A stretch of DNA of 63,958 nucleotides, filler included, from Octopus bimaculoides (GCF_001194135.2; 8 parts of 7 records of this genome joined end to end with filler, not necessarily neighbours in it); one strand, 5' to 3'. Counted from the first letter of the whole stretch, positions 1 to 12,339 are shown. Notes: generated by a model not told the origin, from the sequence alone. Numbers and translations are program-made.

Positions 1-44
1 GACCTGATTAATAATAATAATATAATAATAGTAACATCGTTAGG

Positions 45-210
45 AATGAGAATCCAGGTTCGAAATTTCCCCAAGACACCTGACGAAGGCTGGAGGGTAT
101 GTCAGCCGAAACGTTGTGTTAACAACAAACAAGATGAGGACAAATATCCGTCAAACGTAAATAATGTAAATAATGTAAATAATTCCTCATCTCTTAAATA
201 TAGAACTGTA
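45..210 (+). mobile_element. Penelope-like pseudo-LTR-type dispersed repeat carrying a hammerhead motif
   Basis: Contains CTGACGA...GAAACGTT in the layout known from Penelope-like element termini, followed by short (AAATAATGT)n repeats. Family call from motif recall. Confidence 0.45.
75..120 (+). ncRNA. Candidate minimal type-I hammerhead ribozyme
   Basis: Stem I GACAC(75-79)/GTGTT(116-120); core CTGACGA(80-86) plus an extra A; stem II GGCTG(88-92)/CAGCC(103-107); GAAA(108-111); palindromic ACGT stem III and a GTT triplet. Confidence 0.6.
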
Positions 211-222
211 ATAGGAAGGATG

Positions 223-436
223 TCATCATCATCATCATCATCGTTTAACGTCCGCTTTCCATGCTAGCATGGGTTGGAAGATTTGACTGAGGACTGGTGG
301 AGCCCGAAGGCTACACCAGGCTCCAATCTGATTTGGCAGAGTTTCTACAGCTGAATGCCCTTCCTAACGCCAACCACTCTGAGAGTGTAGTAGGTGCTTT
401 TACGTGTCACCGCCAGTCAGGTGATACTGGCAACGT
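223..436 (-). mobile_element. Retroposon family A copy ((CAT)n-tailed SINE/RTE-3'-end-like)
   Basis: (CAT)n-CGTTTAACGTCCGCTTTCCATGCTAGCATGGGTTGG...GATGCCCTTCCTAACGCCAACCACTC recurs at 1452, 3423, 23992 and 28021. Confidence 0.8.
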
Positions 437-488
437 ATAACTGCAAAAACAAAAACGTATAACTGCAAAAACAAAAACGTATAACTGC
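433..488. repeat. 22-bp tandem repeat, 2.5 copies
   Basis: Unit ACGTATAACTGCAAAAACAAAA starts at 433, 455 and 477. Confidence 0.9.
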
Positions 489-585
489 TCCAACAAAAAA
501 CTTCTCCCCACCACAAAAAAAAGGATGCAAAATAGCAAAACAAAATAGATCTCTCCAGATATAAAAACAAAATAATGAAACAAAC

Positions 586-663
586 CAGCAGTTGGATCAG
601 ATTCTAGAGCTATCTCCATTGCATTGGTTACACTTTGAAACAGATTCATCTTCATTGTTTCTC
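586..663 (-). CDS. BCKDHB: Branched-chain alpha-keto acid dehydrogenase E1 beta subunit, internal exon (vertebrate exon 2 equivalent)
   Basis: Encodes (G)[25 protein letters not shown](x), matching human [27 protein letters not shown] as recalled. TAG acceptor at 666-664, GT donor at 585-584, 78 bp, phase 1/1. Confidence 0.92.
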
Positions 664-1451
664 CTAGTTAATAAGAAAAAACGGAAAAAAATTACAAGCA
701 AATATGGAAAAAAAAAACATGAAACAATTTGGTAAAATTTTCGGGAGAGAAAGAAAGTATTTTTATATTTTTTTCTAAAAAAATTTGGGACAAAAGATCT
801 AACAAAACTGACACAGAAAAAACATTAAGTGAAGCAGGAGATAAGTGAATAGTATTTCTAAAAGTTGACAAGGTGAAAGATGTCAACCTGTCTGTGAAAA
901 TGAAAAGATATTAATGTAAATTCATTAAGTAATACAATGTCATAGAATCAAATCTGAATTAATTAAGCTTGAGGTGACATATTACAATTTTATCTGGTTC
1001 ATATGAAATTGGGTCATGATTAAAATGTTTATGGGGTTGCAATATTGTGCTGATATGATACTTTTTACAGTCACTGGGCTGTTACAAAGCTGAGGTACCA
1101 CCTTCAAGTGTTGTAACTGCTTATATTGATCCTGATATGTTGTCTCGCACTATTTTATTAATTTCATACTTTTGGTATAAAGTGATGTGACTTGTGCAGA
1201 CAACTGACTACAAGGTATTTTTGTTCAATTCACCAGTCTATTGGTTATTCATTGCTAATTGATTTATAAAGAAAAAAAAAATCACTCTACCCACTCAGGA
1301 AGATAAATTCTTAACCTACCCAACAAACACTCAACCCAAATTAAATTACATTCTTTACCCTCAGTTCCAACTTACACCTACAACCAAAATGTAACCAAGC
1401 AGAAAAAAAGTTGAGATCAAACTCCTCTATCAAACCCTGCAAAATCTCAGA

Positions 1452-2222
1452 CATCATCATCATCATTATCGTTTAACATCTACTTTCCATGCTAGCATGG
1501 GTTGGACAATTTGACTGAGGACTGGTGAACCAGATGGCTGCACCAGGGTCCAATCTGATGTAGCAGAGTTTCTACAGCTGGATGCCCTTCCACTCCGAAA
1601 GTGTAGTGGGTGCTTTTACGTGCCACCGGCACGAGGGCCAGTCAGGCAGTATTGGCAACGGCCACACTCAAACAGTGTTTTTTACGTGGCACCTGCACAG
1701 GAGCCAGTCCAGCAACACTGGCAACTACCTCACTTGAATGTTTTTACACGTGCCACTGGCACAAGTGCCAGTAAGGCGACGCTGGTAACGATCACGCTCA
1801 AATGGTACTATTTACATGCCACCGGCACGGAAGCCAGACAGCTGCTCTGGCAATGATCACGCTCGGACGGTGCTGTTAGCACTACACTGGAATGGGTGCC
1901 AGTCATTGAATTTGGTTCAATTTCAATTTTGATTTCACTTGCCCCAACAGGTCTTCGCAAGCAGAGTTTAGTGTCCAATGAAGAAAAGGTTGGCATGGGT
2001 GCCAGTCGTCAAATTTGGTTCAATTTCAATTTCGATTTCCCTTGCTTCAACAGGTCTTTGCAAGAAGAGTTTAGTGTCCAATGAAGGAAAGGTATGCATA
2101 AGTGGGCTGACTACACCCCTGGCAAAGGCCACGGGTTATGGTCTCACTTGGCTTGCCGGGTCTTCTCACGCACAGCATATTTCCAAAGGTCTCGGTCATT
2201 AGTCATTGCCTCGGTGAGGCCT
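1452..2222 (-). mobile_element. Long family A copy with an internal 103-bp tandem duplication
   Basis: Same head as 223-436, extended by ~600 bp. TGGGTGCCAGTC... repeats at 1893 and 1996. Confidence 0.75.
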
Positions 2223-3169
2223 ACACTTATCTGAGATGAATATAATACAATGGATGCCTACGCACAATAAACAAATAATCAAGAGGAACCTTTAAACAAG
2301 CTCCACAAAACTTTAAAAAATAACGACTTCAAAATATGTAAACGTGAGAAAATATTATGTTCATAATCATGGAGAAGATGAATATTCCTAAAGAATTAAC
2401 ATTGTATTCAGTGACAAAAACCTATTTATTCAGAGATAACATCACCCAAATAAAAGCTAAACTGAACAAATCAGTTATTTATTTTTTATCTTTTAATCAG
2501 GTGGGAAGGTAATTCCCATGACATGTTATAGGATCTCTGAAACGGGTAGAAGGGAGGAAGGAAGGGAAGAATCCTCAAACCAGGTGCCTGGCCTGCATGC
2601 TTACAGCAGTGGACTCTGCTAAAGGTATCTATTGTGCCGGATGATGGTGGTGTTAAACTGGGCAATAGATTAAGTCTACTACTCTGAAGTAATTACATCA
2701 ATAAGTACACAAACTGGAGCCCCTTCTTTCCTCTGCATTGCAAGAGAAGCAACCCAACACATATCTATGTAATAGTAAAATTACATGGAGTAGCAATACG
2801 TTCACCCTAGGAGCCTGTGTTTGCAGTGTTCTACATGGTTTCAGTTATGTGCACAAGTTATTTAGTTTGCACACTCATCAGAACTAACATACTGAAAGAT
2901 ATTGAGACATTAAAGGAAGACACCATTTTAAAATTCAACATCCAGAACAGTTCAAATTAAACTCCTAGCAATACAATGACTCTATTTTCAGATATAAGCA
3001 TTGTGAGAGAAAACAACATATACATTGAGTCTGTTTATAGTAAAAATATAATCAAATGTGCTGTTGTTAGTACATTAGCAAGTCACCGAATGTGACAGAT
3101 ATATGTTATAAATAGATGCAATGAATGCAGCAGTTAATATTAATAGCCAATTCTGGTCCTTACTTCTAC

Positions 3170-3202
<33 letters not shown>

Positions 3203-3422
3203 GTGTATATATAGTAAAAGTAAGGACCCGAACCCTTCAAAGGGATGTCTAGCATCCAAGTTCTCGAGGGAAAGCCTAATTTGTGATTTCAAAAGGATTA
3301 TATTTTCCTTAAAGTTACAAGGGAAAAAACTTGGATCTTGTGAATTTTCCGAAGTCCTCTCCCACTCCTACGTTGCTTTACGTGCATTTTTGTTTCCAGA
3401 TTCGTTTCCTATGTGGATCTGA

Positions 3423-3617
3423 ATCATCATCATCATCATCATCGTTTAACGTCCGCTTTTCATGCCAGCATGGGTTGGACGATTTGACTGAGGACTTGCA
3501 AGCCAGAAGGCTGCACCAGGCTCCAATCTGATCTGGCAGAGTTTCTACAGCTGGATGCCCTTCCTAACGCCAACCACTCTGAGAGTGTAGTGGATGCTTT
3601 TACGTGCCACCGGCACA
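3423..3617 (-). mobile_element. Family A copy
   Basis: Near-identical to 223-415. Confidence 0.85.
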
Positions 3618-3903
3618 GTAGAAAGATATTGATTTTCCTTAAAGTTACGAGTGAAAAACATCGGATCTTGTGAATTTTCCGAAGTCCTCTCCCCACCCCC
3701 TCGGAAAAGATTTCCCCCAGAGATTTCTTTATAATCGTAATCTATACCGTTTGAAAGGTATTTATATAAAATTTCATTAAAAAAGCCCCCTTCNNNNNNN
3801 NNNNNNNNNNNNNNNNNNNNNNNNNNNNNNNNNNNNNTTAATTAATTAANNNNNNNNNNNNNNNNNNNNNNNNNNNNNNNNNNNNNNNNNNNNATATATA
3901 TAT

Positions 3904-3937
<34 letters not shown>

Positions 3938-3992
3938 ATATTATTTATATTATCATATGATTGAACGCCACCCACCCCTTCCAAGTAAGTTA

Positions 3993-4029
<37 letters not shown>

Positions 4030-4411
4030 TATATGGGTATGTGGTTAAGAATCTCGCTTTTGAACCGCGTTGTTTGGTGTGGGTGGTATATTTTTTGTAA
4101 CGTTCTCTCCTACCTTCTCCACCACCTAAAGAAACTCTTTACTAGTCTACACCAGTAGCTCATCCTGTTAGCTTCTCTTAATTCATATTTATAATTAAAT
4201 TCCCGACTATTTTTATCTGTTTCACTTAGACTATCCTATAATAAAGCATATTGGCTTTTGCTAATCGTTTTATTTATAAACAATAAATATTCAATTCTAC
4301 AATTAGCACTGATGTTTCTAGCATATATTTCAATTAACGTTAATCTCTGTCTCTCTCTCTGTTTCTATATCTCTATATATGTACTTGAGGCAATCCAGCC
4401 CCACTAAACAA

Positions 4412-4830
4412 AGAAAATTGACACGATGAAACAGATGAGCTACCGGGAAAGACTACAAGAGAAGCTATGCTCCCTCGGGAGAAAACAAGAATGGTATACA
4501 GTGATATACATATGGAAGATCCTAGAAGGTCTAGCTCCTAACTTTGGAATTAAAAAACCATACCAACCACCGAACTGACGGCCCTGCATAATACCAATGA
4601 TACCGTCTTCTTCATCTCAGATTAAGGACCCAGTATTGCAACAGTTTGCTGTTTTAGAAGAGCCGACTGTATAACATCTTACCAAGGAATCTACGAGGTT
4701 TGCAAGGTGTATGTGTGGAAACGTTCAAAAAGCACTCGGATAATTTTCTGTCTGAAATTTGAGATGAGTCCATATCACGGCAAGAGACACAAAGAAGGAC
4801 AGCTTCGTCGAACCAAAAACAGTACCGAAA
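4412..4830 (+). mobile_element. Decayed CR1/L2-group LINE 3' fragment
   Basis: Reads MKQMSYRERL...IYIWKILEGLAPNFGI, paralleling MQHVSYWERL...IYIWKILEGIVSNFGI at 42628-42996; frameshifted. Confidence 0.75.
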
Positions 4831-5713
4831 GGAGACCCAGAAACACGGAAACGTGGTACTCCAGCTTGGCACCAACCTCTGGCTAAAACCAGTAAAAGAA
4901 AAAAAAGGAACATATATATATATATATATATANNNNNNNNNNNNNNNNNNNNNNNNNNNNNNNNNNNNNNNNNNNNNNNNNNNNNNNNNNNNNNNNNNNN
5001 NNNNNNNNNNNNNNNNNNNNNNNNNNNNNNNNNNNNNNNNNNNNNNNNNNNNNNNNNNNNNNNNNNNNNNNNNNNNNNNNNNNNNNNNNNNNNNNNNNNN
5101 NNNNNNNNNNNNNNNNNNNNNNNNNNNNNNNNNNNNNNNNNNNNNNNNNNNNNNNNNNNNNNNNNNNNNNNNNNNNNNNNNNNNNNNNNNNNNNNNNNNN
5201 NNNNNNNNNNNNNNNNNNNNNNNNNNNNNNNNNNNNNNNNNNNNNNNNNNNNNNNNNNNNNNNNNNNNNNNNNNNNNNNNNNNNNNNNNNNNNNNNNNNN
5301 NNNNNNNNNNNNNNNNNNNNNNNNNNNNNNNNNNNNNNNNNNNNNNNNNNNNNNNNNNNNNNNNNNNNNNNNNNNNNNNNNNNNNNNNNNNNNNNNNNNN
5401 NNNNNNNNNNNNNNNNNNNNNNNNNNNNNNNNNNNNNNNNNNNNNNNNNNNNNNNNNNNNNNNNNNNNNNNNNNNNNNNNNNNNNNNNNNNNNNNNNNNN
5501 NNNNNNNNNNNNNNNNNNNNNNNNNNNNNNNNNNNNNNNNNNNNNNNNNNNNNNNNNNNNNNNNNNNNNNNNNNNNNNNNNNNNGTGCTTTAACCACAGC
5601 ATTGGAGCCTTTTAGCTCTTACTTCTAGCAATGTATGTGTTCTAACACCCCAGTCATATTTAGTGACTTAGTTTTCTTTTTTGGTAACACATTGCATACG
5701 GCTGTCTGTATTA

Positions 5714-5773
<60 letters not shown>

Positions 5774-5932
5774 TATGATACGGGTGACTAATTTGCAATT
5801 TAACACCCTGAAGGCAGAAATATACACGCCATTGAAGTGAACAATTAGCACCAGTATTGCTAGAAACAAGAGTCAGAACAACTCAATAACCACAAAAGCA
5901 CTATATATATAATATATTTGGGTTGTGTTGTG

Positions 5933-5982
<50 letters not shown>

Positions 5983-6797
5983 ATACATATATACACATAC
6001 ATCCAAACATTTTATCAAAGTTAGTGCATATTATATGTATATATACTACATATGATGAAGTTCTGCTTGCTAATGGTGAACAAGTAACCTTTAACACAGT
6101 GTCAACTTTCATATGTAGTCGGTGACTAGACTGACCATCCCACCTTGTTCAATGGGTGTAAATTTGGGTCGGAAAAATACTCAGAATAAAGCTTCTCGAA
6201 GAACGGACGCATGTAACTATCCAGAGAAACCAGTAGCCGTCTATGCTTGTATGGTACAAAGGCGACACCAAGTTATTGTTGATTGAAACAGCGTAATCGT
6301 ATTATGAAACATTGAAACGTCGCTGTTTCTTACAGTGCATCGACAGTCTTCCTTGTCTAGGGATACGTGTATATAATTTACGTTTTTGCGTATGTATACA
6401 TACATACAAATAATTTATATTGTGGACTGTGTGTGTGTATGTGTGTACGTGCGTGCTTGCATGCACATGTGAATAATTCATGCTATAGTGTGTATGCAGA
6501 CACATATTTCGTATGAATGAATCTATTTCTGAATAAATGTGTGTATGATTTTGTACGTGTTAGGTAATGTGTGTAGTGAGTCTATGCCTCACGTTCCAGG
6601 CTTTTGATTAGTAAGCACCTGTTATCGCGAATGTAAATTGAACCCATTAATAGGATCGTGATTATAGATTTCCTACATGTCTGACTGAGTATTACCCATC
6701 TCTCTCTTTCTCCGTCTATCAGTCTGTCTGCCTGTCTCATATGATTCAATCTATTTGTCTGTCCCATCAAATATGTACACATACAATCACATACACA

Positions 6798-6853
<56 letters not shown>

Positions 6854-7277
6854 CATGTATATTTATGCCTGTAAATACATACGCATATGTGTGTATGTAT
6901 AATTACATTGTATAAGAGTAATTTTAGCTATTTATGAATGCTCAAAAACTGTCGCGTCTCCTTACTTATTTCTTGATTATATTGATTGCTAGAAAGTGTC
7001 ACTGACACTATTTCACTGGCTCTGTTAAATGCTAGTTTCTAACCAGATTTTATGTGCCTCGGGATTTTTCTTCCATTCTTTTTGTATTTTATCTGTCTTA
7101 TTTACAATTTGTTTCATAGTCAGCTATCATTTCGTTCTGCAATCTTACTCTATATTAGATTTCTTGGTCTACCGACGGTTTTCGTTTCAATTCGTCGGTA
7201 TTTTCTCTCTCTGCTTTCCCTCATTCCTGCTTTCTATTTTTTTTTACCTATATTATTATTTATTATTATTACTATTT

Positions 7278-7465
7278 AAGGACGGCGAACGGGCAGAATT
7301 CTTAGCACGCCGGACAAAATGCTTACGTTCTGAGTTCAAAATCCGCCAAGGCCGACTTTGTCTTTCATCCCTTCAAGGACAATTAAATAAATACCAGTTG
7401 AACACTGGGTCGAGGTAATCGACTTATCCCCTCTCCCGAAGTTGTTGGCCTTGTTCCAAAATTAT
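7278..7465 (+). mobile_element. tRNA-type SINE family C copy
   Basis: GGCG...GGCAGAAT...ACGTTCTGAGTTCAAA..CCGCC.AGG.CGACTTTG.CTTTCATCC motif shared with about ten copies in the window. Confidence 0.75.
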
Positions 7466-8163
7466 TATTATTATTATTATTATTATTAGTTGTAATACTT
7501 TTTCAGAGCGTAGAGGAAGCTTCAGTAATCAGAGAAGCCATTAGCCGAATATTCATATGCTACTCCAAAGTGTATTTATAAGGCGCCTAAAATATGTCTC
7601 ACATTAGATTATTGCCATGTTGATGATTTCGTTAAAGTAATGTATTGAGATATAATGTAAGCAACTGATGTAAGTGTGTAAAGTTATAGACACACTTTCT
7701 GGGACATTGATATTTCAGCACCTTGCATCTCGTCAGGCAAAAGCTGTCGGACCCTGAACCTAAATGCAGTATCTGATACTGTTTATACTTTTAGTGAACG
7801 AATTCAGATCTCACTGAATCATTGCATATAAATACTTCTTGTTTATAGGTTGGCTTACATAAACACCAATAGCAAACAATTTTTTTGCTGAAAGTATAAC
7901 AAAAGAGGCTGCTCAGAGCTCCGAGTGGCGCAAGCTGACGAGACACAGTATATTGAAACGCCGGTGTGCTAGAACACTATGCCAATGAGTCGAGTGAGTT
8001 GAACATACTGTCGTTGAAAAAGGGAGCAGTGTCTCTCCTGTAACATACACTGCTGTGACCGGAATATGTTGCACTGGACTCTGCTTAGATATGTCATATA
8101 TATAAATATATAAAATTACTATTTGTAAATCTCTCAACGAGAGACATTCAGTAACAGTACTCT

Positions 8164-8584
8164 AGAGTAAAGATTATTTGCCAACATTCCGTGGCAGTCC
8201 TGGTTAGGACGAATGCTACTGCTATTTAACCCCAGGAAACATCACCTCCAGCTGGCTATACGACATACTATCTCTGTTCTTATATTTTCGAACAAGAGAG
8301 TTTAGCATACCTATTCAGCACAAAACAATATCTGTGAACAAGAATTTAGCAGCGCCACCTCTAACCAAACAGTTATTCTGCGTCGATTAAGAGTAGTAAC
8401 CCAGAAATCGCGATACACAGATATTGTTTTGTGCTGAGTTGGGATGCTAAACTCTCTTGTTCGAAAATATAAGGACCTAGTGTGTCGTATAGCCAGCTGG
8501 AGATGATGTGTCTTGGGGCTAAATAGCAGTAGCATTCGTCCTAACTAGGACTGCCACGTTATGCTGGGAAATAATCTTTACTCT
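8164..8584. mobile_element. Foldback/MITE with ~170-bp imperfect inverted arms
   Basis: 8164-8336 is the reverse complement of 8416-8584 (AGAGTAAAGATTATTT...CAAAACAATATCTGTG), with an ~80-bp spacer. Confidence 0.85.
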
Positions 8585-8597
8585 CTCCCTCTCTCTT

Positions 8598-8633
<36 letters not shown>

Positions 8634-8747
8634 AAGAGAGAGGGAGAGAGTAANNNNNNNNNNNNNNNNNNNNNNNNNNNNNNNNNNNNNNNNNNNNNNN
8701 NNNNNNNNNNNNNNNNNNNNNNNNNNNNNNNNNNNNNNNNNNNNNNN

Positions 8748-8841
<94 letters not shown>

Positions 8842-9129
8842 AACCTCGTCGTTGTCCTATCACGTTCCCAACGGTTTGATTTTCATCCATGTAAACGTTA
8901 TTTATTAAAATTTTTATACGACTGTATGATTCATCAATATTTCGATTTAAGGCTGATAAAATTCCTTTACACTTTCTTCTGTGTCGTGACTAGTTGATGT
9001 AAGTAAAACAACGCTTCAAGCATCGTCTAGACCCGTGAGTCGGAAACAGAATTTAAAGTAGAAATGTCTCACATTTTTATTCTATTCTAGTCTCATTTGG
9101 AAATGTCTAAAAAATGAAAGATTAAATTG

Positions 9130-9260
9130 TTCATTGAATATAATCTTCGTGTGATTGAGCATTTTCCCGTTGTCTGGAGCTAACAATATCTCTACCAACG
9201 TATGCTGCACCATGTTATTAATTTTTCCAGATCATTAGATGAGATTTAAGCCGCTGATAT
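9130..9260 (-). pseudogene. Possible very old LINE RT remnant
   Basis: One frame reads NDLEKLITWCSIRW*...GKC, resembling the CR1-type DL..L..W...W....N..KC motif; contains stops. Confidence 0.3.
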
Positions 9261-9970
9261 TAAATGCAAAAGATTAATGCTATATTGTTCAGTTTCTCTT
9301 AAGTTTGTTTCTGTTTGTAGTTTCTGATTAAACATCCGGTAATAGGTTGAATTTATTGATATTGCAGTGTTAAATAGATTCACGTAGACTAAATACATGA
9401 CAAATAAACAACTGTAAGCGTTTTACCAAGCAGAGCTATACAACGAAGGTTTGACTCCTCAGTCAAATTGCTTTCATTTTAATAAAGTTATTGAATGGAA
9501 TTAGATAAAAGCATGATGGTGATATTTTCTATCTCCATCTTAACCGTCATTAAAATATGATCATACGAAGGAATTCACATACAAGGAGAAGGATGTACGT
9601 AACTAGATTGACACCAACTCCCGAAAACACTGCAATATCATTGTTGTTGCATTGCCATATTTTAGATCTGAGCAAGTTAACCAATGATCAAAATGTTCCA
9701 GCTATGGCCATCCCCAATGTGTTTTATTACACCGCCAAATCTCCTTCGGAAGGATCAGAGCCAGAATTGGCTTCGTAGTAAAACAAGTCCTTCAGTGTTG
9801 TCCAATGACCCAAAAGGACATGACATGTTTTTTTCATTTTCAAACATAATAAAGTGGGCTGATCTGGTAGAAATGTAAACAAAAGTATATAAACGAATGT
9901 TTCGAAATCATGATAGACTTAAAAAAAAAAACTAAAACAAATATTTAAAAATTGAAAAAAAACATCTTAC

Positions 9971-11581
9971 CTCGAGTTGTAGTAAATTGCTTATCTGATG
10001 GCACCATGCTTTGTAATCATGTCCTAACACTGACAGCTTATTAAGGAAATCGCGCATTTCGTGGATCACAAGGGAACCACTCTCAAGATCAGTCTTACAC
10101 ACGCTAACCCACGTATTCATGACTTTGAGAACACCTCGATGATCATAAGGAATCTCATTTAGTAAATTTCTCATAGGTGTAGACATCTGTATATTGCCGT
10201 TGATATTCATGAAAGATGGAATGATATCTGATTCTGGACTGTTACTTGACTGACCAATGAATTTCTCAATCACCGCTGAATTATTATCCGTGGACATTTG
10301 GCTTGATAAATTTATTTTGTCATCCCTATTTGCAACAGAGTTTCTAGGAGTAAATAAGTCACAAAATGTATGCGGACTTTGGCTTGAACTTGAACCCAAG
10401 GGTGACGATGGAGGCTCGAATCGAACCACAATATTCGTAAGGGACGTGTCTGCAAAGTCTTCATCTGTATTTGTTATCATGCCGGAGCCCATATTTGTTG
10501 CAGTTATGGTCACAGCTGAAGTCGATTTACAAAGTGAATCAAGCACTTGGCCACTGGGTAAAATGGCTTTGTTACATAAAGCATTATCCGAAGCAAAATT
10601 ATCAGTAGTGATTGAATAAAGAGTGTCTTCTACTGATGAGCTGCTAACTACACGGCATGACAGATTTTCGGGGACAGAACTGGATCGAGAAAACACTGGG
10701 GAAATGTCTGACATTGCAGTATCCATTACAAATGTAGGTAAGTTGATAAGCTCTCGTTGGAATGCAGCTATGTCTATATCAGGAGTGGAAGAAATCGAAG
10801 ATGGCTTAGAACTAACTTGACTTAACTGACTACACACACTATCTCTGTGTGTCACTGAAACATTAACATTGGATTTTGAAAGACGTTTTTTACTTGGCCA
10901 ACGAAATAGCTTTCTGGATGTTTTTGACGCGTCACCATCTGGAGTGCCATGATTGCTATCTAAACTACATGGAGAGGCAGTTATATTCAGATCCAAAGGA
11001 GTGACCAAACTCTCGCTAATCACTCTCAAGGCAGACTTGGTTGTACCGTTTTTTATTTGCAATGTATTTGGTCGTGCTAAGTCCCTTTCACATACCTTGA
11101 GTGAGTTATTGGCGATGTTGTTCTCTTCTTGTGAATTTGTTATTTGTACATGAAGGTTAATTTTCCGCCTTTTGGGCAGAGATTCTTTGTTACCATCTCC
11201 ATTTGTCTCTCCCATATTTTCTCTTAAGTTGTCTCTAGGTGGGCAAATTTCCATTGGGAGAACTTTTGGTGGTTTTAATTTACAATCTGATGAAAGGGTT
11301 TTTCGTTTCACCATATTTCCAAATAGTTTATGAGCTAAAAGGCGTAATATGATAACTGGATGGACAAGCATAGGGAGAGCACTGAGTAAAAATTCTCGGA
11401 ATGTTTTTGTATTATTATCTGCAAGAAAAGACACTGAACTTGCTGGAGAAATAAGTGGAGAGACTTTGTAGGGTGAACATGAATCGACGGCTGGTTCAAT
11501 AACATCACACAAACTTTGAACTGAACTGGAGAGATGAATTGCTGGAGGCTGCATACACTCATTCTCTTCTTTTACAGCTTC
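9971..11581 (-). CDS. 1611-bp exon of a RasGEF N-terminal (REM)-like domain protein with a large Ser-rich insert
   Basis: 537 open codons between a TTTCTAG acceptor (11582) and a GAG|GTAAGA donor (9970), phase 0/0. Contains FREFLLSALPMLVHPVIILRLL and RGVLKVMNTWVSVCKTDLE...EMRDFLNKL, resembling the REM motifs F..FL.TY..F..P..LL and RVLNVL..WV...DF...FL. Confidence 0.85.
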
Positions 11582-12339
11582 CTAGAAACGAGAGATAGAA
11601 AGTTATATGCAAACCTTTGTTTTTTATATATAAATATGATATTTAATAAAACATGAAGTATTATACGTTATAAAATACATTCATTACTTTCACACAAAAT
11701 CAATGAATATAAAGTGCATGAGGAACAATAGGTTTAATTTCAACAGTAAATAACTAGTAGTAGTTAGTTGCCCTGTTTCATTGGTCGACGGTGTTGCAAA
11801 GACAGTAATGTAACCATCTCTGCTGTGCCTTGGCCGTTTCCAGAAGCAATGCCTAGTCCTAAGTATATTTACCACCTCTCTCATCTTGGAGGCGCCGCAA
11901 AGGAAAGACAAGTCAATACGCTTGAAGCATTCATGGAAACGCAGGAGATGCCACATATTGGTTAAGTATAACGGTACATGTATGTTTTAGGGTCCCTCAC
12001 TCCGAATTTTCTGTAGGGGTTTATTCCCATGACGTTTTTCAAGCGCTCTGTAAATTACCACACAAGGTAGCAGAGGTTTATTGTTATAGTGGGAATTGTC
12101 TATACTAAGCCAGTCCCACTTTCACGTCCTTATAACTTGAATTGGTTCGGTGCAACAAGTGACACATGCCTGATAGTTGACAGGAAGTAGGATATTTATA
12201 GGGTTAAATTCTCTAAGGCGAGATGCTAAAGAGCTAAAATGCATCTTCTGCCCTGCATCTGTTGGGATGCTGGAATTTCTATAAGTAACCTCCCCCACCA
12301 CTTCTGAGGCAATTCTGTGACATGCTAATTAATATATTG

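Noticed and set aside
692-886. S/T/R-rich ORF just upstream of the BCKDHB exon as a possible transit-peptide exon
   Set aside because: No phase-1 GT donor found, and no HFT(F/Y).PD-like motif in frame.
3838-3849. TTAATTAATTAA centred in N runs, seven times (3838, 22306, 25306, 28209, 30250, 60618, 62871)
   Set aside because: Always 44 N + 12 bp + 44 N at the site I counted, and the same layout elsewhere. It is an artificial all-frame-stop contig spacer, not a biological motif. It also marks joins of unknown size.
4095-4165. MSYWCRLVKSFFRWWRR followed by GTAGGA on the minus strand
   Set aside because: Donor phase does not match BCKDHB exon 586-663, and no recognisable similarity.
6140-6215. 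MRPFFEKLYSEYFSDPNLHPLNK followed by GTGGGA on the minus strand, in a CpG-richer patch
   Set aside because: Short, no family recognised, cannot be tied to either gene.
7705-7740. CTGACGA...GAAA on the minus strand as another hammerhead
   Set aside because: No convincing stem II adjacent to the core and no stem I.
10257-11153. Plus-strand ORFs overlapping the large exon
   Set aside because: Expected antisense shadow of a coding exon.
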